Origin: Candidatus Krumholzibacteriia bacterium | GTDB lineage: Bacteria; Krumholzibacteriota; Krumholzibacteriia; Krumholzibacteriales; Krumholzibacteriaceae | Direction: 5' to 3' | DNA length: 64,000 bases | Assembly: GCA_963836185.1 (NCBI GenBank) | Contig: CAWIIQ010000001.1 | Location: 64,001-128,000, forward strand | Part shown: positions 1 to 8,752 of the stretch, in pieces | How positions within the stretch are numbered: position 1 is the stretch's first letter | Layout of the letters: each line of letters opens with the position of its first letter | Notes under the pieces: model-generated | The model's input: only the letters and a program-made list of their open reading frames with translations | Told to the model about the DNA's origin: nothing | The model's database searches: none | Translations under genes and position numbers: made by a program

Positions 1-939
1 CTCGAGGCGCTGCGCAGGCGCGGGCACGAGGTGTGCCCCGTCGATCCGGCGCTCCCGGCTGAGCAGCAGTCCGATTCATGTCTCGCCGTTATCGGCGACA
101 CGCCTCCCGAAGCGATCCCCGCCCTGCCGGCCGACAAGGTCTTCGAGTGGCTGAAGCTCCCGCGGATCCTCGAGGCGGAACTCGTTTTCATCGGGCTGCA
201 CGGCGGAGCGGGTGAAGACGGCACGGTCCAGGCCCTTCTCGATACGGCAGGCAAGGCCTACACCGGCACCGGTGTGCTCGGCAGCGCGCTCGCTATGAAC
301 AAGGACAGGTCCAAGGCCCTCTTCAACGAGGCTGGGGTGCAGACGGCGCCGCACCTGCTGACGAGTATCAGCGGCGACGTAGAACTGCACAGGGTCATAG
401 ATACGATCGAAACGGGGATCGGGTTTCCCGTTGTGATAAAACCTAACAACCAGGGCTCGAGCGTCGGGTTCTCCTTCGTCGAAAAGGCCGGGGACCTGCC
501 CGCCGCCCTCAAGGAGGCTGCCAGGTACGGCGAACTGCTCGTGGAGAGGTACGTAGCGGGCAGGGAAGTGACCGCGGCGGTACTCGATGGAGAGGCCCTG
601 CCGATCGTAGAGATCATCCCGGAGGGCGGGTTTTACGACTACACGAGAAAGTATACGAAGGGAACGAGCAGGTACGAGGTTCCCGCGAAGATCGATAAAA
701 GAACAGAGGACAGGATCAAGCGCGAGGCGCTTCTCGCGTGGAACGCGCTTGACTGCAGGGATTACGCGAGGGTCGATTTCCGGCTGAGCGATGAGGGCGA
801 GCCTTACTGTCTCGAGGTAAACACCCTGCCGGGCATGACCGAGCTGAGCCTCGTTCCCATGGCGGCCGCCGAGGCCGGCCTGCCCTTCGATGAACTTGTC
901 GAGAGAATATGCCAGATGGCCCGCGAGAGGGGCAGATAG
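1..939 (+). CDS. ddl: D-alanine--D-alanine ligase (5' truncated by window edge)
   Basis: Frame open from base 1; motifs LHGGAGEDG, SALAMNK, VVIKPNNQGSSVG, FYDYTRKY, EVNTLPG. Confidence 0.95.
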   Translation, partial: LEALRRRGHEVCPVDPALPAEQQSDSCLAVIGDTPPEAIPALPADKVFEWLKLPRILEAELVFIGLHGGAGEDGTVQALLDTAGKAYTGTGVLGSALAMNKDRSKALFNEAGVQTAPHLLTSISGDVELHRVIDTIETGIGFPVVIKPNNQGSSVGFSFVEKAGDLPAALKEAARYGELLVERYVAGREVTAAVLDGEALPIVEIIPEGGFYDYTRKYTKGTSRYEVPAKIDKRTEDRIKREALLAWNALDCRDYARVDFRLSDEGEPYCLEVNTLPGMTELSLVPMAAAEAGLPFDELVERICQMARERGR

Positions 940-949
940 CGAGGGAGAT

Positions 950-2011
950 ATGGACCGTACAGAACAGTTGCTGAAAGAATTCACTGACGCCGCCGGGGTA
1001 TCCGGAGCGGAGAGTGAAGTCTTCGCCCTGATGAAGAAACATCTCGGGAAGATCACCGAGATCAGCGGCGACCGCCTCGGATCGTTCATCGGGAAGCTCT
1101 CGAAGGGGAAGGATGCGCCGCGCGTAATGCTGACCGCGCACATGGACGAGATCGGGCTGATGGTCTCTCACTTTTCCGGGAATTTCATCAGGTTCAATCC
1201 GCTTGGTGGCTGGTGGTCCCCGAAGCTTGTCGGCCTGCCGGTGAGGATCATCACGAGAAAGGGCGACATCCACGGTGTCGTCGCGACAAGATCCCCCTTC
1301 CTCATGGAGAAGGACGAGAGGGACAAGCCGGTAAAACCGAAGGACATGTTCATCGACGTCGGCCTTGTCGGAAAGAAGAAGCCGGAGAGCCTTGGGATCA
1401 GGCCGGGGGACCCGGTGGTCCCCGTCTTTCCCTTCACCACGCTGCACGGCGGAAAAGCATACATGGCCAAGGCATGGGATGACCGCCTCGGCTGCGCGGC
1501 GATCTGCGAGGTCATGCACAAGCTCTCGAAGCTGCCCCTGCCGAACAGCGTATACGCGGTCGGCACCGTGCAGGAGGAGGTCGGGATAAGGGGCGCGGTG
1601 ACGAGCGGGCACGAAGTGTCGCCCGACGTCTGCTTTGCTATCGACGTCAATATCGCGAGGGACCTTCCCGGCTCGTCTGATGAAGAGCCCGAGAAGCTCG
1701 GCGGTGGTGTCTCGATCTGCGTATATGACGCTACGCTCATCCCCAACACGAAACTGAGGGATCTTGTCGCCGATGTGGCCGATAAAAAGAAGATCCCCTA
1801 CCATTTCAGCGCTATCCCCTTCGGCGGAACGGACGGGGGACGGATACATCTGAACGAATCAGGGGTTCCCACCCTTGTCATAGGGATCCCCACACGCTAT
1901 ATACACAGTGCCGCCGGGATCGTATACCGGAAGGATTATGACAACGCAGTCAAACTCCTCGTCGAGGTGACGAGGGTCCTGGACGCGAAGACAGTAGCCG
2001 GCCTCTCCTGA
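950..2011 (+). CDS. M42 family metallopeptidase (FrvX/TET-like aminopeptidase)
   Basis: AHMDEIG, KAWDDRLG, QEEVG, GGTDG, RYIHS motifs; GAGGGAG RBS before ATG at 950. Confidence 0.92.
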   Translation: MDRTEQLLKEFTDAAGVSGAESEVFALMKKHLGKITEISGDRLGSFIGKLSKGKDAPRVMLTAHMDEIGLMVSHFSGNFIRFNPLGGWWSPKLVGLPVRIITRKGDIHGVVATRSPFLMEKDERDKPVKPKDMFIDVGLVGKKKPESLGIRPGDPVVPVFPFTTLHGGKAYMAKAWDDRLGCAAICEVMHKLSKLPLPNSVYAVGTVQEEVGIRGAVTSGHEVSPDVCFAIDVNIARDLPGSSDEEPEKLGGGVSICVYDATLIPNTKLRDLVADVADKKKIPYHFSAIPFGGTDGGRIHLNESGVPTLVIGIPTRYIHSAAGIVYRKDYDNAVKLLVEVTRVLDAKTVAGLS

Positions 2012-2039
2012 GAGGGCGGCGGGAGGAAGGAACGGATCG

Positions 2040-3467
2040 ATGTCACTGCAGGTCTACAACAGGTACAAGGGTAGAAAAGAGGAGTTCCAGCCGGTCGAAG
2101 AGGGAAAGGTCGGGATCTATTTCTGCGGGATGACGGTCCAGGACAAGCCGCACATGGGGCATATGCTCGCCTTTGTCGCCGGCGACATGATAAGGCGCTA
2201 CCTGAAGTTCAGGGGGTACGATGTCAAGTATGTGCAGAATTTCACCGATGTAGACGACAAGATCATATCGAAGGCGAATGACGAGGGCATCGAGTTCACG
2301 GAAGTCGCCCAGAGAAATATAGACGAGTACTTCAGATTCGCCGGCGATCTCAATATCATGCCGGCGGACATCTATCCGAAGGCCACTGAACATATCGACG
2401 ATATAATCGGCCTGATAAAGAGACTCGAGGAGGAAGGGTTCGCCTACAAGGGCGGCAGCGACGTTTATTACCGTGTCAGGAAGTTCCCCGCATACGGGAA
2501 GCTCTCAGGCAGGATCATAGATGACCTGCAGTCCGGAGCTAGGATCGAAGTCGGTGATGAGAAAGAGGACCCCCTCGACTTTACTCTCTGGAAGGGAGCC
2601 AAGGAAGGGGAGCCGGCGTGGGATTCCCCCTGGGGGCCGGGTCGTCCGGGGTGGCATATCGAGTGCTCGGTGATGTCGATGAAGTATCTTGGAAACACAC
2701 TCGACATGCACGGCGGCGGGATGGACCTCGTCTTTCCGCATCACGAGAACGAGATCGCGCAGAGCGAGGCCGCCACGGGCAGCGAGTACGTGAAATATTG
2801 GATGCACAACGGCCTGCTCAACCTCAGCGGCGAGAAGATGTCGAAATCGACGGGGCATTTCTTCCTTATCGAGGACATACTGAAGGAGTTCTCCGGAGAA
2901 GTGGTAAGGTTCTACTTCCTTTCGACTCATTTCAGGAGCAACAGCGAGTTCGGGCGTGAACGGCTCGCGGAAGCTGCTGCCGGGTTCGAACGCATCCGCG
3001 AGTTCTGCACGAGGCTCGATGAGGCTCGCACGGCCTCGGAGGGCGGAGTTGGCTGGGACGACAGGATTAACGACCTTGTCAGCAAGGTCCGCGAGGATTT
3101 CATGGCCTCGATGGATGACGATTTCAACAGTGCCGAAGCGATAGGCCGCATATTCCATCTTATCCGGGAAGTTAATGTCATAACAGGCGGCGACATCGCG
3201 AAGCTCGCCGCATTTCCGGAATCGCTCGAGAAAATGCTCGGCGATTTCGAGACGTATGACTCGATCCTCGGACTCTTCGCCGAAGGCCTTCCAGGGGCAG
3301 GCACAGATATCCCCGATGAGGTCGTTCAGATGGTCAGGGACAGGGAAGAGGCGAGGAAATCGAAAGACTGGGCGAGGGCCGACGAGTTGCGGGACGCGGT
3401 CCTGGCGGCCGGCTTTACGATAGAGGACAGGGCTGAGGGGACGAGGATCAGTCGCTCGAAGAGTTGA
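2040..3467 (+). CDS. cysS: Cysteine--tRNA ligase
   Basis: CGMTV..HMGH (HIGH), GRPGWHIECS, FPHHENE, KMSKS. Confidence 0.97.
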   Translation: MSLQVYNRYKGRKEEFQPVEEGKVGIYFCGMTVQDKPHMGHMLAFVAGDMIRRYLKFRGYDVKYVQNFTDVDDKIISKANDEGIEFTEVAQRNIDEYFRFAGDLNIMPADIYPKATEHIDDIIGLIKRLEEEGFAYKGGSDVYYRVRKFPAYGKLSGRIIDDLQSGARIEVGDEKEDPLDFTLWKGAKEGEPAWDSPWGPGRPGWHIECSVMSMKYLGNTLDMHGGGMDLVFPHHENEIAQSEAATGSEYVKYWMHNGLLNLSGEKMSKSTGHFFLIEDILKEFSGEVVRFYFLSTHFRSNSEFGRERLAEAAAGFERIREFCTRLDEARTASEGGVGWDDRINDLVSKVREDFMASMDDDFNSAEAIGRIFHLIREVNVITGGDIAKLAAFPESLEKMLGDFETYDSILGLFAEGLPGAGTDIPDEVVQMVRDREEARKSKDWARADELRDAVLAAGFTIEDRAEGTRISRSKS

Positions 3468-3906
3468 CGGGCATCAGGTCGCCCTTGGGCATCAACAGGA
3501 CCCAGAGCAGGATCGGAAGGAAAAAGTTGACCGTGAGGTTGAGGAACTCCGTTCCGGTCCAGAGCTGCTCGTTTCTCGTGAAAGCGCTCAGGAAAATGAA
3601 AAAGACGGTGATGATGTTGGCCGCCGTCAGTATGAGCACTCCGATCAGCGCCGGCCTGATCCTTTCCTTCCAGGCGACTCCATTTACCGCGATGACCAGC
3701 GAGAGATAGACTATCGGGTTCAGAGAGATCTCCTCGGTGACCTTGAGAGCGTTCTCCACGACAAGTGAGTTTCCGGTGAGGGCGACGAGCGGCTTCGCTC
3801 CGTACGCCACGACCAGGGTATAGTATCTCCCCGTGAACATCCAGGCGGTATAGAGCACAAGCGAGACGACGATAAACCGGACGAAGAAGATGAGGATCCT
3901 CTTCAT
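3448..3906 (-). CDS. Exosortase-associated multi-pass membrane protein (degenerate exosortase-like); alternative start 3936
   Basis: About 4 hydrophobic helices; segment WKERIRPALIGVLILTAANII parallels the neighbouring exosortase (IKEKVIGLLIGIPAIHLLNLIR) but no Cys/Arg/His triad. Confidence 0.65.
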   Translation of the reverse strand: MKRILIFFVRFIVVSLVLYTAWMFTGRYYTLVVAYGAKPLVALTGNSLVVENALKVTEEISLNPIVYLSLVIAVNGVAWKERIRPALIGVLILTAANIITVFFIFLSAFTRNEQLWTGTEFLNLTVNFFLPILLWVLLMPKGDLMPVNSSSD

Positions 3907-3942
3907 GTCGGGCCTTCTTTCTCCCGCATCAGCCATATCCGC

Positions 3943-4530
3943 CTATCCTGCCTTTCTCGGCTTGACGATCTTTGCCATCCAGAATATCACAAGCAGGAGC
4001 ATGAAGATGACGAAAATGACCTGCCAGAAGTATCCGTGGAAGAACCCGAACAGCTCTCTCTTGTGAAAAAGGACGAGAGAGACGACGACCATCCGGATCA
4101 GGTTGAGCAGATGGATGGCGGGGATCCCGATCAGCAGCCCGATCACCTTCTCCTTGATGCTTGCGGGGTATGCCCCGATGATCGAGAAATAGATCATCTT
4201 GGTATAGATGCCCGTGCATTCTGTGATGACGATGAGTCTCTCTCCGCCATGATCCGTATGGAATGTGAAAATGTTGCCGATGCGGGTAAACCAGTAGTTC
4301 AGTCTGTCGAGGACCCAGGCGAGCTCACTCGAAACGAGAAGCTGCATCGAGCCAGGTTCATGCGGATCATTCATCCCGTGAAGAAATCCGGGGATCCTTT
4401 TCGTCATTAAATAGGAAAAAAGCCAGAGGGCAAAGAAGAGAATCAGGAATACGATAAAATCCCTGCGGAAGGATCTTGAAATCCTTCGCGCCTCTCCCGT
4501 TTGACCTTCTGGCTTCTTTCCGTGGCCCAA
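3943..4530 (-). CDS. Exosortase/archaeosortase family protein (exosortase H-like)
   Basis: Triad motifs ITECTG (Cys), LLNLIR (Arg), FFHGYFWQ (His) in a multi-TM protein; directly downstream of a gene with a CTERM-type tail. Confidence 0.88.
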   Translation of the reverse strand: MGHGKKPEGQTGEARRISRSFRRDFIVFLILFFALWLFSYLMTKRIPGFLHGMNDPHEPGSMQLLVSSELAWVLDRLNYWFTRIGNIFTFHTDHGGERLIVITECTGIYTKMIYFSIIGAYPASIKEKVIGLLIGIPAIHLLNLIRMVVVSLVLFHKRELFGFFHGYFWQVIFVIFMLLLVIFWMAKIVKPRKAG

Positions 4531-4575
4531 CCGTTACTCTTTCAATACCTCACGATATAATCGGCAATTCGGTTC

Positions 4576-5526
4576 CTAGGCCTTGCTTACAGCGTGCCTC
4601 TTCATAATGACGGCGGCAGCGAGGATCATGGCAAGAACCAGGATCGTCACGACCGGAGCAGTGAAGAGAGGTACGGGGACAGGCTCGACTACGTGGATCG
4701 CCTGAACGCAGGTATCGTATACGGTGCCGGTGGCGGCATCCCATGCGATGATCGTCAGGGTGTCGTAATCGCAGACTGCGGCAGCGCCAGCATTGACGAT
4801 ACCATAAACGTCCCCACATGTTCCACCAACGACGCCTACGATCGTCTCAGACACTGCAAGCGCGGGGCCTACAACGCCGAGGCTCGTGATCGTGTAGTCA
4901 TAGTCGGTCGGCGGAGCACAAGGATCACCATTGCAGATCGCGAACGGGATGTAACCGGCGGTCACGCCCTGCTCGATGAAGTACAGGGTGTCCTGAAGGA
5001 TGGACAGTGCCGGAGGTGACTCCACGATCTCGATCGTCATGGTGTCGATCCAGTGGCGAAGTGTGCCACTGTAGTAACTGTCCTCACAGTCGCCACTGTC
5101 AGGCTGGCAAATGAGGTCGGTATCGCTGAAGCACTGGATCGCGATGACCATGTTGGTCGTACCGACGGTGACCGAGCAGGGAACCGTGATACAGGTCTCG
5201 TCCGGCCAGTAGTTGCCAGCGCCAAGCGTGAACGGACCATATACGCCAAACTCTTCCTCTTCAGACCAGGGGTTCGTCATCGTCCAGCCGAGCTCATCGG
5301 AAAGGACTACGCAGAACGTATCCGGATTGGGGCAGATCGAACCGGCGAGGAAGCCAAAGTTCGTAGGAGCAAGACCGAAGCATGCGGTCTCGCCAGCGAT
5401 CATTGTGGCGTCGCCACCGAATCCGTAAAAGAATCCGGGGTCGCCATCTTTGACCACGATGGCTGAGTTGGCAGCGACAGGAAGCAGCATCGTTATGGCA
5501 AGCGCCATGATTGCGAGCTTCTTCAT
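4576..5526 (-). CDS. Secreted Cys-rich acidic surface protein with exosortase-type C-terminal sorting signal
   Basis: Signal peptide MKKLAIMALAITMLLPVAANSA after GGAGG RBS; C-terminus VEPVPVPLFTAP + hydrophobic helix + KRHAVSKA. Confidence 0.85.
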   Translation of the reverse strand: MKKLAIMALAITMLLPVAANSAIVVKDGDPGFFYGFGGDATMIAGETACFGLAPTNFGFLAGSICPNPDTFCVVLSDELGWTMTNPWSEEEEFGVYGPFTLGAGNYWPDETCITVPCSVTVGTTNMVIAIQCFSDTDLICQPDSGDCEDSYYSGTLRHWIDTMTIEIVESPPALSILQDTLYFIEQGVTAGYIPFAICNGDPCAPPTDYDYTITSLGVVGPALAVSETIVGVVGGTCGDVYGIVNAGAAAVCDYDTLTIIAWDAATGTVYDTCVQAIHVVEPVPVPLFTAPVVTILVLAMILAAAVIMKRHAVSKA

Positions 5527-5871
5527 TTTCGAAACCTCCAAGTTGAACAGTGAAGAAGTCATCCCTTTCGGGAATGTCGTCTTCGGATTAACAGACTTGA
5601 TTGGCCTGTCGGTGGTTTCTGCGGATTTGAAACAACCCGCGACCGGCCGCCAGGGTCAGAGCGTTATAGGTGCCCGTTGATTTACTGTCTGTTCTATCCT
5701 CCTTATCGGGTCAGCCCCTCTCGGGCATCGCGGTGAAACCGGGAAACGCACGTAAAGACATGACCGCCCCTACGCTCGATTCGATGGGTTTCCTTCCCGT
5801 TCAAAATTTCCCTACCGTACTGCTTCGTGAAGTATGCGGCAGGCCCTGGGCCTGAAGCGTACCTACCGACA
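5527..5871 (-). promoter_or_regulatory. Long structured 5' untranslated leader of the surface-protein gene
   Basis: No convincing ORF between predicted promoter and ATG; long-range pairing 5861-5871 with 5607-5616 plus nested hairpins. Confidence 0.5.
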
Positions 5872-5876
5872 CTCAT

Positions 5877-5906
5877 ATATTACCACGGTCCTGCCGGATC
5901 CGTCAA
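5877..5906 (-). promoter_or_regulatory. Sigma70-type promoter for the sortase locus
   Basis: Minus strand TTGACG-N18-TAATAT with TG extended -10. Confidence 0.6.
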
Positions 5907-6235
5907 GTGTAAAATCCGCCCTTTAAAGAATATCCGTTGCCTCGAGGCCGGCTGTCCGTCTGCTCGGAATCCCCTCTGCGATCGAGCTGAAAATCACTGC
6001 CCGAGACACCGGGCCGCGAGGGATTCTACGCAGGCGGACAGCCGGGCACTCATTCAATAGAACCCCGAGAAGAGCAAAATAATTCAAAAAAAATATGATC
6101 CGGCGGGACAGCGGGTTCTTTCTTCCCCGTAAGCTTCCTTATTTCAGCGCTTTAGGCGGTGTGTTGGGTCTGGCGGGGATTTTTTGAAATCCCTGATCAT
6201 GCCGGCAGCCGACTGAGCCGGCCTGGAGCGAGTGT

Positions 6236-6244
6236 TTATCCACA
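6236..6244 (+). promoter_or_regulatory. Perfect DnaA box
   Basis: TTATCCACA in a long intergenic region; degenerate inverted copy TGTGGAAAT at 6259-6267. Confidence 0.4.
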
Positions 6245-6459
6245 GGCAGGGTGCATATTGTGGAAATCTCGAATATTTGTTGGTATGTAAAGAGTTAGGG
6301 TGTAGTGGGGCTTTCAGGGCCGGCGGAGTGTCCCGGGGCTGGAACAGGCCCGTGAGAATCCCTCGCGATCTTGTACGTTCCAGGGGGGTGTTGTTTCCTC
6401 GATCATAGAGGGGATTCCGAGGGCCCATCCCGGACCCCTCACCAGAGTTATTTTTTTTC

Positions 6460-6488
6460 TTGACAGTGAGTAAGGGCAAACGTATTAT
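6460..6488 (+). promoter_or_regulatory. Sigma70 promoter of tRNA-tuf operon
   Basis: TTGACA-N17-TATTAT preceded by a T-tract (UP-like). Confidence 0.8.
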
Positions 6489-6528
6489 TCAGAACCTGAA
6501 ATTTAATCGGGGGCGTAATGCGCCCTAC

Positions 6529-6604
6529 GCTGGCGTAGCTCAATTGGTAGAGCAGCTGATTTGTAATCAGCAGGTTGGGGGTTCAAGTCCCTTCGCCAGC
6601 TCCA
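6529..6604 (+). tRNA. tRNA-Thr(TGT)
   Basis: 76-nt cloverleaf, GCTGGCG/CGCCAGC acceptor, anticodon TGT, GTTCAA T-loop, CCA. Confidence 0.97.
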
Positions 6605-6726
6605 TGAGACTGAGTGGCCGGGGAAATTTTCCTTTCAATAAATACAGGAAAATTTTGAGGAGAAATACGGCCGGTAGGGATTTTTTGTCTTTACTCGGCT
6701 GGCCGGTCCTTCAGCGATAGATTCCC

Positions 6727-6811
6727 GGGGAGGTTCCCGAGCGGTCAAAGGGAACAGACTGTAAATCTGTCGGCGAAGCCTTCGGAGGTTCGAATCCTCC
6801 CCTCCCCACCA
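6727..6811 (+). tRNA. tRNA-Tyr(GTA)
   Basis: 85 nt with long variable arm, GGGGAGG/CCTCCCC acceptor, anticodon GTA, CCA. Confidence 0.97.
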
Positions 6812-6862
6812 CGGATTCAAGAGCGGCACTGCCGCAAGGTGGATCGCTGTCTTGATAAAGGA

Positions 6863-6938
6863 GCGGGAGTAGCTCAGTTGGTAGAGCATCAGCCTTCCAA
6901 GCTGAGGGTCGCGGGTTCGAATCCCGTTTCCCGCTCCA
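6863..6938 (+). tRNA. tRNA-Gly(TCC)
   Basis: 76-nt cloverleaf, anticodon TCC, CCA. Confidence 0.97.
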
Positions 6939-6960
6939 TATAGATGAGAGAGAACGGGAA

Positions 6961-7036
6961 GCCCACGTAGCTCAGATGGTAGAGCACTTCCTTGGTAAGG
7001 ACGAGGTCACCGGTTCAAATCCGGTCGTGGGCTCCA
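6961..7036 (+). tRNA. tRNA-Thr(GGT)
   Basis: 76-nt cloverleaf, GCCCACG/CGTGGGC acceptor, anticodon GGT, CCA. Confidence 0.97.
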
Positions 7037-7070
7037 GTAATTAACCTTCCAGAGCAGGAGGAAGTTCTCC

Positions 7071-8265
7071 ATGGCCAAGGAGAAGTTTGAACGCAACAAG
7101 CCCCACGTAAACGTGGGAACGATCGGGCATGTCGATCATGGCAAGACCACGCTGACGGCAGCGATAACGAAGCATCTCTCCTCGAAGGGCATGGCGAACT
7201 TCGTGCCGTTCGACGAGATCGACAAGGCTCCCGAAGAGCGCGAGCGCGGGATCACGATCGCGACGGCTCACGTGGAGTACGAGACGGAGAACAGGCACTA
7301 CGCACACGTAGACTGCCCGGGACACGCCGATTACATCAAGAACATGATCACGGGCGCCGCGCAGATGGACGGCGGCATCGTGGTGGTATCGGCCGCAGAC
7401 GGTCCGATGCCTCAGACGAGGGAGCACATCCTCCTGGCTCGCCAGGTGAACGTGCCCTACCTGGTGATCTACATGAACAAGGTTGATCATGGTAGACGAC
7501 CCCGAGCTACTCGACCTGGTCGAGCTCGAGGTCAGGGAGCTACTGAGCGAGTACGATTTCCCCGGCGACGACATTCCGATCATCCGCGGGAGCGCTCTTC
7601 AGGCTCTGAACAGCGAAGACGCGGACAGCGAGGAAGTCAAGAGCATCTGGGAGCTGATGGACGCGATCGACAGTTACATACCGACGCCCGAGCGTGACAC
7701 GGACAAGCCGTTCCTGATGCCTATCGAGGACGTGTTCTCGATCACGGGGCGCGGCACGGTAGGTACCGGGCGTATCGAGCGCGGGATCGTCAAGGTGGGA
7801 GAGGCAGTAGAGGTGATCGGGATCAGGGACACGCAGAAGACCGTAGTGACCGGAGTCGAGATGTTCCGCAAGCTTCTCGACGAGGGTATGGCGGGCGACA
7901 ACGTGGGCCTGCTTCTTCGCGGGATGGACAAGGACAAGCTCGACCGCGGGATGGTCGTGGCGAAGCCCGGGTCGATCACACCTCACCTGAAGTTCAGGGG
8001 CAAGGTGTACGTGTTGAAGAAAGAGGAGGGCGGGCGACACACCCCGTTCTTCAACGGATATCGTCCGCAGTTCTATTTCAGGACGACGGATGTGACGGGA
8101 GTGGCGACGCTTCCCGAAGGGACCGAGATGGTAATGCCCGGCGATGATGTGGAGCTGTACATCGAGCTCATCACGCCGATAGCTATGGAGAAGGAACTTC
8201 GGTTTGCGATCCGTGAGGGCGGCAGGACCGTCGGTGCGGGTGTCGTGACCGAAATCGTAGAATAG
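7071..8265 (+). CDS. tuf: Elongation factor Tu, copy 1 (apparent +1 frameshift at 7490, likely sequence error)
   Basis: GHVDHGKTT; nearly identical to 23401-24594 except an extra T at 7490 and codons 2-3. Confidence 0.95.
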
Positions 8266-8280
8266 CGGGGACTGGTCAAG

Positions 8281-8430
8281 ATGAGAGATCTGGCAATACT
8301 TGCCTGCGGCGAGTGCAAAAACAGAAATTACACGACGACGAAGAACAAGCGTCTTCATCCGGACAGACTCGAGCACAAGAAATACTGTCCGTTCTGCCGC
8401 AAGCACACAAAGCATAAGGAAACGCGCTAG
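8281..8430 (+). CDS. rpmG: 50S ribosomal protein L33 (zinc-binding type)
   Basis: Manual translation [49 protein letters not shown]; not in ORF track. Confidence 0.95.
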   Translation: MRDLAILACGECKNRNYTTTKNKRLHPDRLEHKKYCPFCRKHTKHKETR

Positions 8431-8531
8431 AACCCGCGTTTTTAGAGGGCGGACACGACTCGGCGGCGCTTCGCGTCGCGGAGGTGCGGGTGTGTTGTCC
8501 GTCATGGTACCGTTCAGGAACGGAGAACCGT

Positions 8532-8720
8532 ATGTTCGAGAAGATCAGAAAGTTTTTCAGCGAGATCGTAGCCGAGTTGAAGAAAGTGACCTGGCCTACT
8601 CGCGATGAACTTAAGGAATCGACAAAACTCGTGATCATAGCAACCTTCGTGGTGACTCTGTTCGTCGGCCTGGTGGATCAGCTTCTGACGCTGCTCATCA
8701 GGCGGCTCCTCGGATGGTAA
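8532..8720 (+). CDS. secE: Preprotein translocase subunit SecE
   Basis: ELKKVTWPTRDEL motif + single TM; precedes nusG. Confidence 0.95.
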   Translation: MFEKIRKFFSEIVAELKKVTWPTRDELKESTKLVIIATFVVTLFVGLVDQLLTLLIRRLLGW

Positions 8721-8752
8721 CCTGAGCTGTTCTTGCAGACGGGATAAACACG

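Noticed and set aside
5527-5871. c-di-GMP-I or c-di-AMP riboswitch in the long leader
   Set aside because: Diagnostic GGCAAA..GCAAA and GCTGAA..GGGGTGAAT..CCGTCAGCTAA elements not found
5907-6459. Replication origin call
   Set aside because: Only one perfect DnaA box and no dnaA/dnaN context; kept only as a low-interest finding
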